64,000 nucleotides of DNA from Gammaproteobacteria bacterium (GTDB lineage Bacteria > Pseudomonadota > Gammaproteobacteria > JAJDYQ01): positions 3,953-67,952 of the forward strand of contig JAPYNQ010000037.1 of NCBI GenBank assembly GCA_028289815.1. Reading direction: 5' to 3'. Both the position numbers and the translations under genes were made by a program. The notes beneath the pieces were generated by a model. The model was not told the origin of the DNA and did not search any database. It was given only the letters and a program-made list of their open reading frames with translations. This document shows positions 47,467 through 58,118 of the stretch, piece after piece (within the stretch, counting starts at the first letter, position 1; each line of letters starts with the position of its first letter).

Positions 47467-48285
47467 TCAAAAGCGCTGGCATTTGCCGCAATAAAATGTT
47501 GAACGCTGTCCCAGCGCTATTTGTTTGATGGGTGAGCCGCACCTCCCACAGGATTGTCCTGTCTTGCCATATACCGAGAAATGATGCTGGAAATAGCCGG
47601 GCCGGCCATCTGGTTTAACGAAATCATTCAAGGTGGAGCCACCCGCTTTAATGGCCGACTGTAATACTTGTTTGATGGCAGCTAGCAATCTGTCATAGCG
47701 TGGTTTGGATACATGACCGGCACCTCGTGAAGGGTGGATACCGGCCACAAAAAGCGATTCGCAGGCATAGACATTGCCGATGCCAGCCACGATATGGCTA
47801 TTCATAATAAAATTTTTAATAGCGACTTTGCGATTTCGGGATTTTCGGTACAGATAATCGGTGCAGAAGGTGTCACTTAAAGGCTCGGGCCCCACTGATC
47901 TGAGCAGCCGGTGTCTTTCGCCTGGTGATGTGGTCCAATGTATACTACCAAAGCGCCTCGGGTCGTTAAGCCGTAGCAGCCTACTGTTTGTAAACTCAAG
48001 TTCGACATGGTCATGTTTGCTGATTTTATCGCCTGCCTCCGCGATGTGTAAGCTGCCCGACATGCCCAGATGCACAATCATGGTGCCTTTGCTGGTCTGG
48101 AACAGCAGATACTTGGCGCGTCGCCCGATACTTTCGATGGTTACTCCGGTTAAGGTTTTTTCAAGCGCCACCGGCACTGGCCAGCGTAACTGTTGATTCC
48201 TTACCAGAACCCGGATAATTTGCTGACCGCTGATATGGGGTTCTATGCCGCGGCGCGTGATCTCTACTTCAGGTAGCTCAGGCAT
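47467..48285 (-). CDS. mutM: Formamidopyrimidine-DNA glycosylase
   Basis: MPELPEVEITRRGI N-terminus and C-terminal zinc finger CGRCGSPIKQIALGQRSTFYCGKCQ. Confidence 0.95.
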   Translation of the reverse strand: MPELPEVEITRRGIEPHISGQQIIRVLVRNQQLRWPVPVALEKTLTGVTIESIGRRAKYLLFQTSKGTMIVHLGMSGSLHIAEAGDKISKHDHVELEFTNSRLLRLNDPRRFGSIHWTTSPGERHRLLRSVGPEPLSDTFCTDYLYRKSRNRKVAIKNFIMNSHIVAGIGNVYACESLFVAGIHPSRGAGHVSKPRYDRLLAAIKQVLQSAIKAGGSTLNDFVKPDGRPGYFQHHFSVYGKTGQSCGRCGSPIKQIALGQRSTFYCGKCQRF

Positions 48286-48318
48286 GAGGCTTGTCGGACC
48301 ACACTGGTGACCGGCCTG

Positions 48319-49143
48319 TTATGGGCTTCCAAAAGGCAGCCCCAACATGTCAATGGCATTATGGCCCAAATGATATTCGAGGCCATTTCTGATCAATACC
48401 AGTGCTGTCTCCCTTTTAATGGCCAGGTACTCAATGGCAGTGTCCTGGTTTTGTAGCTCGATTTGTACCGTTACTCCCTTTTCCGATGGTGCCTCAGCGT
48501 CAACATGGCTAATCCAGTTTGCTTTGATAAGTTGCCACTGGGTCCTGAGATTATCAGTCAGTTGCACGGGTTCGCCGTTAATCCGAATTTCCCGGATTAT
48601 ATTTCCTCCCGGAGTGAGATGGCGATCAACATAAGACACGCTGCCGGCATTTAACTGAGACATATGTTGGTCTGGCACCAGATAGATATTATCGTCGATC
48701 AGCAGATAGCGCAGTTCATTGACAGGCTGTAAACTCCCAAAATCAATTCGAGTATCATTAACAATCAGATTTGCTTGTGAAGGTTGCAGGCCGAAGTCCT
48801 CCAGGGTGGTTTCATTTTTCGGATGGTCGAGTTTGATCTGCGAAGCGATTTCCAACCCGGTAATGCTCAGCACACGCTGCATAACTGCATCATCCGCGCG
48901 GGCCTGGATAGGTGCCAGTATTTCCCAGTAATCGGACTGCCTGGCAAATTCAATAGCCTGTTTGCCGGGACGGATGATTTGTATTCGTGCTATTTCATCA
49001 GGCAAAAAGTCGCCGATAGTAGCTTTGTTGCCAGACGAATCGGAACCGTCAATCAAAAGTATCGCGAGTAAAATAATAACTACCCCGAAAAGGGCAAGAT
49101 TGACCAGCCAGCGGTCTTTTTCACGTCTGCCCATAAAGCACAA
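48319..49143 (-). CDS. Hypothetical protein, DUF4340-like accessory protein of the GldG-type ABC system
   Basis: 274-aa ORF with an N-terminal TM anchor, co-oriented and abutting the GldG-like gene. Confidence 0.45.
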   Translation of the reverse strand: MCFMGRREKDRWLVNLALFGVVIILLAILLIDGSDSSGNKATIGDFLPDEIARIQIIRPGKQAIEFARQSDYWEILAPIQARADDAVMQRVLSITGLEIASQIKLDHPKNETTLEDFGLQPSQANLIVNDTRIDFGSLQPVNELRYLLIDDNIYLVPDQHMSQLNAGSVSYVDRHLTPGGNIIREIRINGEPVQLTDNLRTQWQLIKANWISHVDAEAPSEKGVTVQIELQNQDTAIEYLAIKRETALVLIRNGLEYHLGHNAIDMLGLPFGSP

Positions 49144-50511
49144 CTACCGGCGTCGTCGTTTAAGCCAGATAACCACACCCATACCCAGCAGTGTCAGAGG
49201 CAACAGGATAATAAACACAAGTAACAGCGCCAAGGCACCCGGCGGAGTTATTTGCAGTTGTGCATCGGGCGCACTCACTATACCGATATCGATCTGGGCA
49301 TCGTTATGGCTGAGCCATTGCAGGATAGCTGTTCCCAAGTCCTGATTTTGGCCATTGCCAATGTAACTGTTTGAAAGAAAGTCACTGTCACCCATAACGA
49401 TAATACGCTGGGTTTGGCTGACCGTTTTTCCATCATCGATATTCTCAATAGGCCGTTCCAAGGCATAGCCGATATTGATAGGCCCGGCATGTTCCTCCGT
49501 TTCCGGGTCGAAAGTGATATTTTGTTGCCCACTGAGAAGAGCATCGGTCTCTGTCCAGCTTTTCGGCAGGGTTTGAATAAACGAAGTAGCGCGCCAGTCG
49601 CTTTCTTCGGCAGCGATCAAACCGCTTGCCCGTGGAAAAATCGTCTGACTGTGCAGGGACTCCGTAACAGGGTGCCGAGGATAATCAATCGCCAGCGCAA
49701 AAGTCGGATTAGAGATACCCAGCAATCGTGTGGTGGCATCTACCACTACACCCGGTAATCTCTGTATATCCAGCGCGGCTAGCAGCGGTTCTAGTGACTC
49801 GCCAGTATCCGGGTCCACCATGAGTAACAGATTGCTCCCCTTATCCACATACTGCGCTATCAATTTAAGCTCGCCGGGTAGATAGCCGGTGCGCGGTGAG
49901 GCGATTACAAGCACCTGGATGTTATCGGCTATGCCTTGCGTTGTTGCCAGGATCAATGGCTGTAGGTTAAATCCCTTATTATTCAGCTGTTGGCCAAATG
50001 TCCCGAAGTCGTGATTGGCCGTCCCTAGCAGGTCACGCTCACCATGTCCCTGAATAAATGCCACATAACGTGAAGTCTCAGTGGATAGCCTCATAAGGAG
50101 CTGTGTAATGGATTTTTCACTGATATTTTGTGTAGTCTCCTGGCGTTTGCCATACTGCACCAGCAGCTCGCCATCTACCGTAATGCCATGTTCACTGACC
50201 AGTTGCGGAACCAGGTCCGGATTCAAATATTCAACTTTCATATCAGATTTATGGCGCTGGTAACGCCCGATAATTTTTTCAATCAAATCACGGATAGATT
50301 TGTTATCGTCACGCGCGAACGCCGTGACCTTGACCGGCTTGTCCAGCTGTTGAACCAACCTGACAGAAGTCTCCGTCAACGAATTTCGATTACCCCAGGT
50401 TAGATCAAACTCATATGGATAGCGATTACTCAGCCAGGCGAGCAATCCCATGATGGTCATAAAAAGTACAACGAAAACCATATTTTGCAGACGCGACATG
50501 ATGGCTATCAT
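49144..50511 (-). CDS. GldG-like ABC-system auxiliary protein
   Basis: 455-aa protein with N- and C-terminal TM anchors. Overlaps the upstream permease gene (ATGA). Confidence 0.55.
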   Translation of the reverse strand: MIAIMSRLQNMVFVVLFMTIMGLLAWLSNRYPYEFDLTWGNRNSLTETSVRLVQQLDKPVKVTAFARDDNKSIRDLIEKIIGRYQRHKSDMKVEYLNPDLVPQLVSEHGITVDGELLVQYGKRQETTQNISEKSITQLLMRLSTETSRYVAFIQGHGERDLLGTANHDFGTFGQQLNNKGFNLQPLILATTQGIADNIQVLVIASPRTGYLPGELKLIAQYVDKGSNLLLMVDPDTGESLEPLLAALDIQRLPGVVVDATTRLLGISNPTFALAIDYPRHPVTESLHSQTIFPRASGLIAAEESDWRATSFIQTLPKSWTETDALLSGQQNITFDPETEEHAGPINIGYALERPIENIDDGKTVSQTQRIIVMGDSDFLSNSYIGNGQNQDLGTAILQWLSHNDAQIDIGIVSAPDAQLQITPPGALALLLVFIILLPLTLLGMGVVIWLKRRRR

Positions 50512-51260
50512 CCCTGTAAACGCCGGATGTCCAGCCTGCGAATGGTGAATACCAGAAAAGTTACGGCAAACAGTATAAAATATGTAACATTTGCAGTGTT
50601 GATACTACCCTGCAGCAGCGGTACAAAATGATTCAACAGCGAGATATAGGCAAGCACTTCGGCAAGCTCCTGCCCTCCACTGTTAATCCAAAACATCAAC
50701 CACAAGGCGAACAGCAGAAAAAATGAAGCCACCGCTGCTACTGCCGGCGAATTCGTCATACTCGAAACAAAAAGACCTGCGGCAGCAAAGGCCGCCAGCA
50801 TCAAAAATAAACCGCATGCCCCGGCAAATAATTTACCCATATCAAGGGAGGTGCCAAATACCAGTGAGATCGGCATTACACAAACCATGCTCACCATAAT
50901 CAGCAGAAAATAAAGCGTACCCACATACTTGCCCAGCACAATTTCAGTCATGGAAACCGGTGCCGACCATAGTAGGCTCATAGTTTTGTCCCGTTGTTCG
51001 GCACTCAGGCTGTGCATGGTAATGATCGGCACTACCATCAGCAGCATAAAGGCAACATCGGCAAACACTGGTGCTACAACCCAGTCACTCACGCCCGGTG
51101 GATTGTCATAATTTATCAGTCGCGGTTGATTCAGCATAAATTCCTCAACGCTGTTCAAAAACTGCAAAGCCGCCAGAAACTGGATCAGCGCCAGAATCAC
51201 CCAAGCCAGTGGTGACAGCATCAAGCGACGCAGTTCATGTGCGGCAATAGTGTGAATCAT
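50508..51260 (-). CDS. ABC-2 family transporter permease (GldF-like)
   Basis: 6-TM permease. Overlaps the ATPase gene stop. Confidence 0.6.
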   Translation of the reverse strand: MIHTIAAHELRRLMLSPLAWVILALIQFLAALQFLNSVEEFMLNQPRLINYDNPPGVSDWVVAPVFADVAFMLLMVVPIITMHSLSAEQRDKTMSLLWSAPVSMTEIVLGKYVGTLYFLLIMVSMVCVMPISLVFGTSLDMGKLFAGACGLFLMLAAFAAAGLFVSSMTNSPAVAAVASFFLLFALWLMFWINSGGQELAEVLAYISLLNHFVPLLQGSINTANVTYFILFAVTFLVFTIRRLDIRRLQG

Positions 51261-52219
51261 ATGGCATCTTCCTCTGACTCATTTACAAGAGGCTTGCCGC
51301 TATGGGTATCCTCACCCCGCGTCAACCCCAGAAATACCTGCTCTAATCCAGGTGTCACCGGTGTCAGCTCCAGCAATCCCCAATCCTGTTCTACTGCCAG
51401 CCTTGCGATTTCATCGGCGGGATTTGATCCGGCATCATGGATAACGCGATAAGCGTTATTTTCCAGACTCTGAACCTCAATGACTCCGTCCAGTCTGCCG
51501 AGGCCATCTGTCTCCGCCGAACGACCAAACCGTGTCAGGATTTCCGGTTTTACCTGCTGCTTGTTATTGGCATCATCATAGGCAATACGGCCCTCAAACA
51601 GAATAAGAATGCGGTTACACACCGTCTGTACCTCAGGCAGAATATGCGTCGAAAGGATCACCCCGTGGCGAGTTCCCAGGTCCCGGATGAGCTCCCGGAT
51701 TTCATGTATCTGCAGTGGGTCCAGGCCAACCGTCGGTTCATCCAGAATAATCACATCCGGTTCATGGATAATCGCTTGCGCGATCCCGACTCGTTGCTGA
51801 AAACCCTTCGACAGATTACCGATCAAGCGCCGCCCCATATTTGCCAGTCCGGTGCGCTCACATGCCCGCTCCACCGCCATTGCTACCTGTGCCCGCCGGA
51901 TACCGTGCAGGCGTGCGCAATACCGCAGATATTCATCCACGCTTAAGTCACGATAAACCGGCGGCTGCTCGGGTAGATAGCCAATGGACTGTTTTGCCCG
52001 CTTCGGTTCATCAAGCAGGTCAGCCTCTTTAATCTCAATATTCCCCGAAGACGGAGCCAGATTACCGGACAGCATGTCCATTGTCGTTGTCTTACCGGCC
52101 CCGTTCGGGCCCAGCAATCCCATAATGTCTCCTTGGTGCAGAGATATAGAGACATCTCTTACTGCCTGATAGCTGCCATAAAAGCGATTCAGGCCGGTTG
52201 CTTTTAGCAAGGTAGTCAT
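51257..52219 (-). CDS. ABC transporter ATP-binding protein (GldA-like)
   Basis: Walker A GPNGAGKTT, signature LSKGFQQRV, Walker B ILDEPTVGLD. Confidence 0.85.
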   Translation of the reverse strand: MTTLLKATGLNRFYGSYQAVRDVSISLHQGDIMGLLGPNGAGKTTTMDMLSGNLAPSSGNIEIKEADLLDEPKRAKQSIGYLPEQPPVYRDLSVDEYLRYCARLHGIRRAQVAMAVERACERTGLANMGRRLIGNLSKGFQQRVGIAQAIIHEPDVIILDEPTVGLDPLQIHEIRELIRDLGTRHGVILSTHILPEVQTVCNRILILFEGRIAYDDANNKQQVKPEILTRFGRSAETDGLGRLDGVIEVQSLENNAYRVIHDAGSNPADEIARLAVEQDWGLLELTPVTPGLEQVFLGLTRGEDTHSGKPLVNESEEDAI

Positions 52220-52980
52220 GGGCGCGGACCATACAGATTTTGTTGTATCGAATCAAGCAGAAATACAAAAGTCAAAGAAGCCTCAGAGAGAAGCTGCAGT
52301 ACAATAATTCCCTTATCCATCAGTAGAAAATCCAATCTGGACCTGTGCTAGCGGTAGAAGATGCAACTCCAGTGATTGAACCTGCCGAACTCAAATCGGT
52401 TCATATAGAACGCCGTCATTTTTGCGCAAACAGAAATCCATAGGGAGCCTGTCAGGACCATGAATGAAAAGCAGCGAGGGAGGAGGGAACGAGGCAGGTT
52501 AGCCTTATATCGCAACTCCGGATATTGGGGTCAGAAAGGAGAAGAAGGCTTTTGCTCCAGAGAATGGTGCTAACGGTATCTAGTATGCAGATTTATCATC
52601 AGCCGGTACCAGCGTGAACCGAACCTGGACTGGTCTCTGCTAGTTGGTTCTGAATACAGGGTTAGGCACTAAGGTTTTGCGTTGTTGAGTATTAACGAGG
52701 GTAAGGCAGCCCACGACACTGGAGCTACAGCTGTGCTTGCTTTGGCAGCTGCTTGGTGTACCTCCAAGCCGGATTTTCTCGTCTGATTATTATTCCTTAT
52801 TCAGCTCCGGTTCTCCGCCCGGAACTGTTTTCATTGGCTTTTACTGGTGCCAGCTTTGTTTTTGTCGCCCGCCTCTCCGCTTGTTGGTGTTATCATTCAT
52901 ATCTTGGCAGATCCAAGATTGGATTTCCCGGAACTCCTCTATAATCGCGCCGTATCGGTGCTAATCCGGATAAATGAAAT

Positions 52981-53730
52981 ATGTCAGGACATAGTAAATG
53001 GGCCAATATTAAGCATAAAAAGGCGGCCAACGATAAAAAACGGGGCAAACTCTGGAGCAAGCTAATCCGTGAAATTACCGTGGCTGCTAGGGAAGGTGCA
53101 ACTTCTGATCCCGGCGTGTATCCCCGGTTGCGTCTGGCAGTGGACAAAGGGCTCGCCGCTAACATGCCAAAAGATACCATTGAAAAGGCATGTAGGCGTG
53201 GTGCGGGTGAGACAGAAGGCGTGAACTACGAGGAGGTCCGTTATGAGGGCTATGGCCCTGGGGGTATTGCGGTCATGGTCGACTGCTTGACAGATAATCA
53301 TAAGCGTACGGTAGCTGAGATCCGCCACGCCTTTGCCAAAGCAGGGGGCAATCTGGGAACGGATGGTTCGGTATCCTATATGTTCAGTAAAGTCGGTATC
53401 CTGAGTTATGCGCCGGGAGCAGACGAAGACACGCTTATGGAGGCGGCACTGGAGGCCGGGGCCGATGATGTCGTCACTAATGACGACGGTTCCACTGATA
53501 TTTTGACCACGCCTGAGGAGTATCAGGCGGCCGTTGATGCTATGAGTGCAGTCGGGCTTGCGCCGGCTGCCTCGGCGGTGACCATGCGTGCCGGAACACT
53601 GACGAGGGTGGATGTGGAAATTGGAGAGAGGCTGGTGCGATTGATTGATGCCCTGGAGGAGCTGGATGACGTATCAGAGGTTTACTCAAATGCCGATATT
53701 CCGGATGAGTCTCTGGAGGCAATGGCTTAG
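52981..53730 (+). CDS. yebC: YebC/PmpR-family transcriptional regulator
   Basis: MSGHSKWANIKHKKAANDKKRGKLWSKLIRE is the canonical YebC N-terminus. Confidence 0.9.
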   Translation: MSGHSKWANIKHKKAANDKKRGKLWSKLIREITVAAREGATSDPGVYPRLRLAVDKGLAANMPKDTIEKACRRGAGETEGVNYEEVRYEGYGPGGIAVMVDCLTDNHKRTVAEIRHAFAKAGGNLGTDGSVSYMFSKVGILSYAPGADEDTLMEAALEAGADDVVTNDDGSTDILTTPEEYQAAVDAMSAVGLAPAASAVTMRAGTLTRVDVEIGERLVRLIDALEELDDVSEVYSNADIPDESLEAMA

Positions 53731-53844
53731 GGTCGCCTGTTTTATGCACGGCCCATTGTTTGTGCGGTGCATCCGATCCGGAAAACCTTGAATCGGATGG
53801 TGTTTACCTTGCCGGGTTTTGCCTTGCTGCGGAGATAGTTCTGT

Positions 53845-54399
53845 ATGGTTTTGCCTTTGAAGAGCGGTAGGTTGAAAACCAGAATACTGGGGATTGATCC
53901 CGGTTCTCTGGTGACCGGTTACGGGATTATTGATTCGGATGGTACGTACAGTGTGTATGTTGCCAGCAAGCCGCTAAGGGTGCGGGCAGAGACCTTGCCG
54001 CAGAGGCTTAAACTGATTTTTGAGGGTGTCACGGCGGTCATTCAGGAGCATCAGCCGGAGGTGGTTGCTATTGAAAAGGTGTTTATGAACCGTAACGCGG
54101 ATTCGGCGTTAAAGCTGGGTCAGGCGCGTGGTGCGGCGATAGTCGCGGCGGTTATGCAGGGTTTGCCGATATCGGAATATACCCCGCGCCATGTCAAGCA
54201 GGCCGTAGTAGGCAAGGGAAATGCTTCCAAGGAGCAGGTTCAGCACATGGTCGGAGTGTTGTTGAATTATCAGGGCAGCCTGCAATCCGACGAGGCGGAT
54301 GCCTTGGCGGTGGCGCTGTCCCATGGTCATATTGGCGGTACACTGGGACGTATTACCGAATTTTCGCGTCCCACGGCGTATAAAAGAAGACGCAGATGA
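53845..54399 (+). CDS. ruvC: Holliday junction resolvase RuvC
   Basis: ILGIDPGSLVTGYGII catalytic Asp motif. The true start may be TTG at 53872 (MKTRILGIDPGS). Confidence 0.85.
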   Translation: MVLPLKSGRLKTRILGIDPGSLVTGYGIIDSDGTYSVYVASKPLRVRAETLPQRLKLIFEGVTAVIQEHQPEVVAIEKVFMNRNADSALKLGQARGAAIVAAVMQGLPISEYTPRHVKQAVVGKGNASKEQVQHMVGVLLNYQGSLQSDEADALAVALSHGHIGGTLGRITEFSRPTAYKRRRR

Positions 54400-54992
54400 T
54401 TGCTCGCCTTTGTGGAAAATTGATTATCAAGCGACCGCCGTTGTTGCTTATTGACGTGGGTGGTGTGGGCTACGAGATAGAGGCACCGATGTCCACCTTT
54501 TTCCAGCTGCCTGAACCGGGGGAGGTAGTATCGGTTCTGACGCATCTGACGATCAGGGATGATGCCCATATTTTGTTTGGTTTTGCTACTGAAGGTGAGC
54601 GGTCGCTATTTCGCAACCTGATTAAGGTCAGTGGAGTCGGGCCAAAAATGGCATTGACTATTTTATCTGGTATATCAGCAACCGACTTTGCCTTTTATGT
54701 ACGGGACCGTGATGCCACGGCACTGACCCGCTTGCCGGGTATCGGCAAAAAGACCGCTGAGCGCCTGATAGTCGAGATGCAGGACCGCTTGGATGAGGCT
54801 GATGGCGCGATTATTATCGGAGGTGAGTTGCCCGATGCGGCAGCAAATCCGTTAAATGACGCTGTCAGCGCACTGGCAGCCTTGGGTTATAAACGAGCTG
54901 ATGCCGGTAAAATGGTAAAGGCTGTGGCGAGCGAGGATATGAGTAGTGAGGAATTGATCCGCGAAGCCCTGAGGGCCCAGCTGAGGCAATGA
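54396..54992 (+). CDS. ruvA: Holliday junction branch migration protein RuvA
   Basis: MIARLCGKLIIKRPPLLLIDVGGVGYEI N-terminus, HhH motifs. Overlaps the ruvC stop. Confidence 0.9.
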   Translation: MIARLCGKLIIKRPPLLLIDVGGVGYEIEAPMSTFFQLPEPGEVVSVLTHLTIRDDAHILFGFATEGERSLFRNLIKVSGVGPKMALTILSGISATDFAFYVRDRDATALTRLPGIGKKTAERLIVEMQDRLDEADGAIIIGGELPDAAANPLNDAVSALAALGYKRADAGKMVKAVASEDMSSEELIREALRAQLRQ

Positions 54993-55007
54993 AACCGGGC
55001 AGATAAT

Positions 55008-56327
55008 ATGCGACTTATCCGATTATTAAAACATGATCTGGCCCGCGAAGTTTCAGGTTGGCGACACAGGGATATTATCGACGAGCGGCAGGCCGAACGG
55101 ATCTGTGCCGAATACGGTATTGACTATCATCACCAGACACGGCATTCCTACGGTTATTATGCGTTGGCTGGCCTAGGTTATCTGTTCCTTGGTCTTTCGG
55201 TTCTGGTGGTGGTTGGTGAAAACTGGCAGGATATACCCCGTTCCGCCCGCATGATCGGTCTGATTATCTTAACGCTGTTGACCAATCTGGCAGGTGTTTA
55301 CCGCTATACGCAGGGGCGGCAGAACGAAGCCGTCGCGCTGTTGGCACTTGGCGGTATCTTCTATGGTGCTTCAATCATGCTGATTGCTCAGATATACCAC
55401 CTTGGCGAACATTACCCGGATGGTATTTTATGGTGGGCCATCGGCGTGCTTCCTGTGGCAATCATCATTCGCAGCAGTGTGCTGATGTCACTGACCATGG
55501 GATTGGCGATGTTCTGGTTTTTTGTTGAGACTTCACTGGATTACTATCCATTGCTCTATCCGCTGTTTCTGATAGCCAGTGCCTGGTTTTTATTGCGAAT
55601 CGGGTCCAGCTTGATGCTTTTCGCCTTACTGGTTGTCGGCATCGGCCTGATGGGGATATATACTGTATTCTGGGTAACCGGTGGTTTTTATCGATTTGAT
55701 TTTGTTCCTGAAGGTGTCATTTTTGTCTCGGGATATTTTCTGGTCCTGCATGGTCTCGCAAAGTGGTTGGCGGCCCGTACGGATCATGGTCAGGTCGATT
55801 ATGATGTAACGCTGTCTCTATGGGTGATGCGCTTCTTTATCCTGTTGTTGCTTGTGATGAGTTTTGAGGGGCCGTGGCGCGGTCTGCTGGATGCACAATG
55901 GCAGTCACCGGAGGCGGTCATGTTGATGCTCATTAGCCTGTGCGCTGCCGGGATAGTGCTGGCCACCCGCTCCGGTAAAGCCGGTTCAATCAGTACCCTG
56001 GTATTGGCTGTGGTGCTAATTGTAGTGACTGCGCTGGTTATCGGCACAAGCGACAGAACCTATGCCGTTTTTTTCCAGTTTATGGATAATCTGGTATTGG
56101 CTGTTACCGGTATATGGTTGATCGTTCGTGGTATCCGTTCAGGTATCAGCCATTATTTCTATATGGGCGTGTTCACTATCATGCTGACCGGTCTTTTGCG
56201 TTATGTTGATTTAATTGGCGATTATATCGGTGCTGCTATACTTTTTGCCGTTTTTGCCCTGATGTTGTTTGCTGCAGCAAGATACTGGAAATCGCATTAT
56301 GGTACCGGGCGGCGAGAGGCGGCATGA
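55008..56327 (+). CDS. DUF2157-like polytopic membrane protein
   Basis: 439 aa with about 10 hydrophobic helices. Precedes and overlaps the GDYXXLXY gene. Confidence 0.45.
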   Translation: MRLIRLLKHDLAREVSGWRHRDIIDERQAERICAEYGIDYHHQTRHSYGYYALAGLGYLFLGLSVLVVVGENWQDIPRSARMIGLIILTLLTNLAGVYRYTQGRQNEAVALLALGGIFYGASIMLIAQIYHLGEHYPDGILWWAIGVLPVAIIIRSSVLMSLTMGLAMFWFFVETSLDYYPLLYPLFLIASAWFLLRIGSSLMLFALLVVGIGLMGIYTVFWVTGGFYRFDFVPEGVIFVSGYFLVLHGLAKWLAARTDHGQVDYDVTLSLWVMRFFILLLLVMSFEGPWRGLLDAQWQSPEAVMLMLISLCAAGIVLATRSGKAGSISTLVLAVVLIVVTALVIGTSDRTYAVFFQFMDNLVLAVTGIWLIVRGIRSGISHYFYMGVFTIMLTGLLRYVDLIGDYIGAAILFAVFALMLFAAARYWKSHYGTGRREAA

Positions 56328-56839
56328 AGCCTGATAAGACGGTGTATGCCCTGCTGGCAGCCTGCTTGTTACAAGTCAGTGTGCTGGTCGCAGGGTATCT
56401 GAGTGCGGTGGCACCGCACTGGAGCGGCAGTATGGTGAAATTAAAGACTGTGCCGGCTGACCCGCGAATTCTGTTTCCCGGCAATTATGTACGGTTGAAT
56501 TATGATATCGGTATTCTGCCCGGAAAGTTTTATCAGGGAGGGCGTGCGCTGCGTGAAAACGAACCCGTCTATGTATTGCTTGAGCGGGACGATCAAGGGA
56601 TATCGACGGCTAGCCGGGTTGTTTTGCAGGAACCCAAAGAAGGTCAATTTATCCGTGGTCGGATCAAAGATCGGCATTTGCAGACAGATAAGCTGACTAT
56701 CAGGTATGGTATTGAGGCCTATTTTGCTCCCCGGCATGAGATCAGATCTCTGGAAAGGCACCTGCGTGCTGTTGCCATAGCACAGGTCAGTCTTGCCGAT
56801 AATGGTCGGGCGGCGTTGAAGGCATTGATTACCGATTGA
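56324..56839 (+). CDS. GDYXXLXY-domain (DUF4401-like) protein
   Basis: 171 aa with an N-terminal TM helix, and FPGNYVRLNYDI resembling the GDYxxLxY signature. Confidence 0.45.
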   Translation: MKPDKTVYALLAACLLQVSVLVAGYLSAVAPHWSGSMVKLKTVPADPRILFPGNYVRLNYDIGILPGKFYQGGRALRENEPVYVLLERDDQGISTASRVVLQEPKEGQFIRGRIKDRHLQTDKLTIRYGIEAYFAPRHEIRSLERHLRAVAIAQVSLADNGRAALKALITD

Positions 56840-57040
56840 AGTGGCCGTGCATAATCTGTTGTATCCTGCGTTACCGGGCAGTCGTACCTCTGTCAGGTTT
56901 TGTTCAACCGGCACCAGGCAATCATTTATGGAAACCTCGAAAAACCGTGACAAGCTATAGCAAAGCAAGGTGCCGGCAGCATATGGACCAGTGCATGAGG
57001 ATTCCCGAGCATCGTGCATTAGATTTTCAGGAGTCACCTG

Positions 57041-58096
57041 ATGATAGACCGACTGGTCAGTGCCGATAGCAAGCCTCTTGATGAGGAAGTGGTGGACCGT
57101 GCTATTCGCCCCAAAAGGCTGGCAGAGTACACGGGTCAGCCTGCTGTGAGTGAGCAGATGGGCATTTTTATCCAAGCGGCCCGGCAGCGGGCCGAAGCAT
57201 TGGATCATGTATTGATTTTTGGTCCTCCCGGACTGGGCAAAACAACTCTGGCGCATATTGTCGCCAATGAAATGGGTGTGAGTATGCGCCAGACCTCAGG
57301 GCCGATTCTGGAACGAGCGGGTGATCTGGCGGCCTTGTTGACAAATCTGGAACCTAATGATGTGTTGTTTGTGGATGAGATCCATCGCCTGAGTCCTGTC
57401 GTTGAGGAAATACTGTACCCGGCTATGGAGGATTATCAGCTTGATATTATGATTGGGGATGGGCCGGCGGCACGCTCAATCAAACTTGATATTCCCCCAT
57501 TTACACTGGTTGGCGCGACCACAAGGGCGGGCTTGCTGACTTCTCCTCTGCGTGATCGTTTCGGGATCGTGCAACGACTGGAGTTTTATGGCGTTGAAGA
57601 TCTGGCGTCGATTGTAAGGCGTTCCGGTGGAATACTCGGGCTGCAAGTTGATCAGGCCGGTGCCCATGAGATTGCCAGAAGATCACGTGGTACACCACGC
57701 GTTGCCAATCGGCTGTTGCGCCGGGTCAGGGATTATGCTCAGGTGAGGTCGGATGGTCGCATCATATCGGATACAGCCGATGCCGCGCTGGATATGCTGG
57801 ATGTTGATGCGAATGGCTTTGATATGATGGACCGCAAGCTGCTTGAAACCATTGTGCGCAAATTCGATGGTGGTCCTGTCGGGGTAGAAAGTCTGGCGGC
57901 GGCTATTGGAGAAGAGCGCGGTACCATAGAGGATGTTCTCGAGCCTTACTTGATCCAACAAGGCTTTTTGATGCGTACCTCGCGCGGCCGTATGGCAACC
58001 AGCAGCGCATGGCAGTACCTGGGGCTGCAGCCCCCAAATCACATTGAGGCTGTGCAGCCGGCGTTGGATGGTTTGCACGAACCTCCCTTGTTATAA
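57041..58096 (+). CDS. ruvB: Holliday junction ATPase RuvB
   Basis: AAA+ motifs [15 protein letters not shown] and [10 protein letters not shown]. Canonical RuvB length. Confidence 0.95.
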   Translation: MIDRLVSADSKPLDEEVVDRAIRPKRLAEYTGQPAVSEQMGIFIQAARQRAEALDHVLIFGPPGLGKTTLAHIVANEMGVSMRQTSGPILERAGDLAALLTNLEPNDVLFVDEIHRLSPVVEEILYPAMEDYQLDIMIGDGPAARSIKLDIPPFTLVGATTRAGLLTSPLRDRFGIVQRLEFYGVEDLASIVRRSGGILGLQVDQAGAHEIARRSRGTPRVANRLLRRVRDYAQVRSDGRIISDTADAALDMLDVDANGFDMMDRKLLETIVRKFDGGPVGVESLAAAIGEERGTIEDVLEPYLIQQGFLMRTSRGRMATSSAWQYLGLQPPNHIEAVQPALDGLHEPPLL

Positions 58097-58118
58097 GCAT
58101 TACGGGCTCACTGATCGA

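Noticed and set aside
52451-52476. GTCAGGACCATGAATGAAAAGCAGCG, loosely resembling the conserved SRP (4.5S) RNA domain IV motif GUCAGGUCCGGAAGGAAGCAGC
   Set aside because: Several insertions and mismatches. I could not build the flanking helices. This is insufficient to call ffs.
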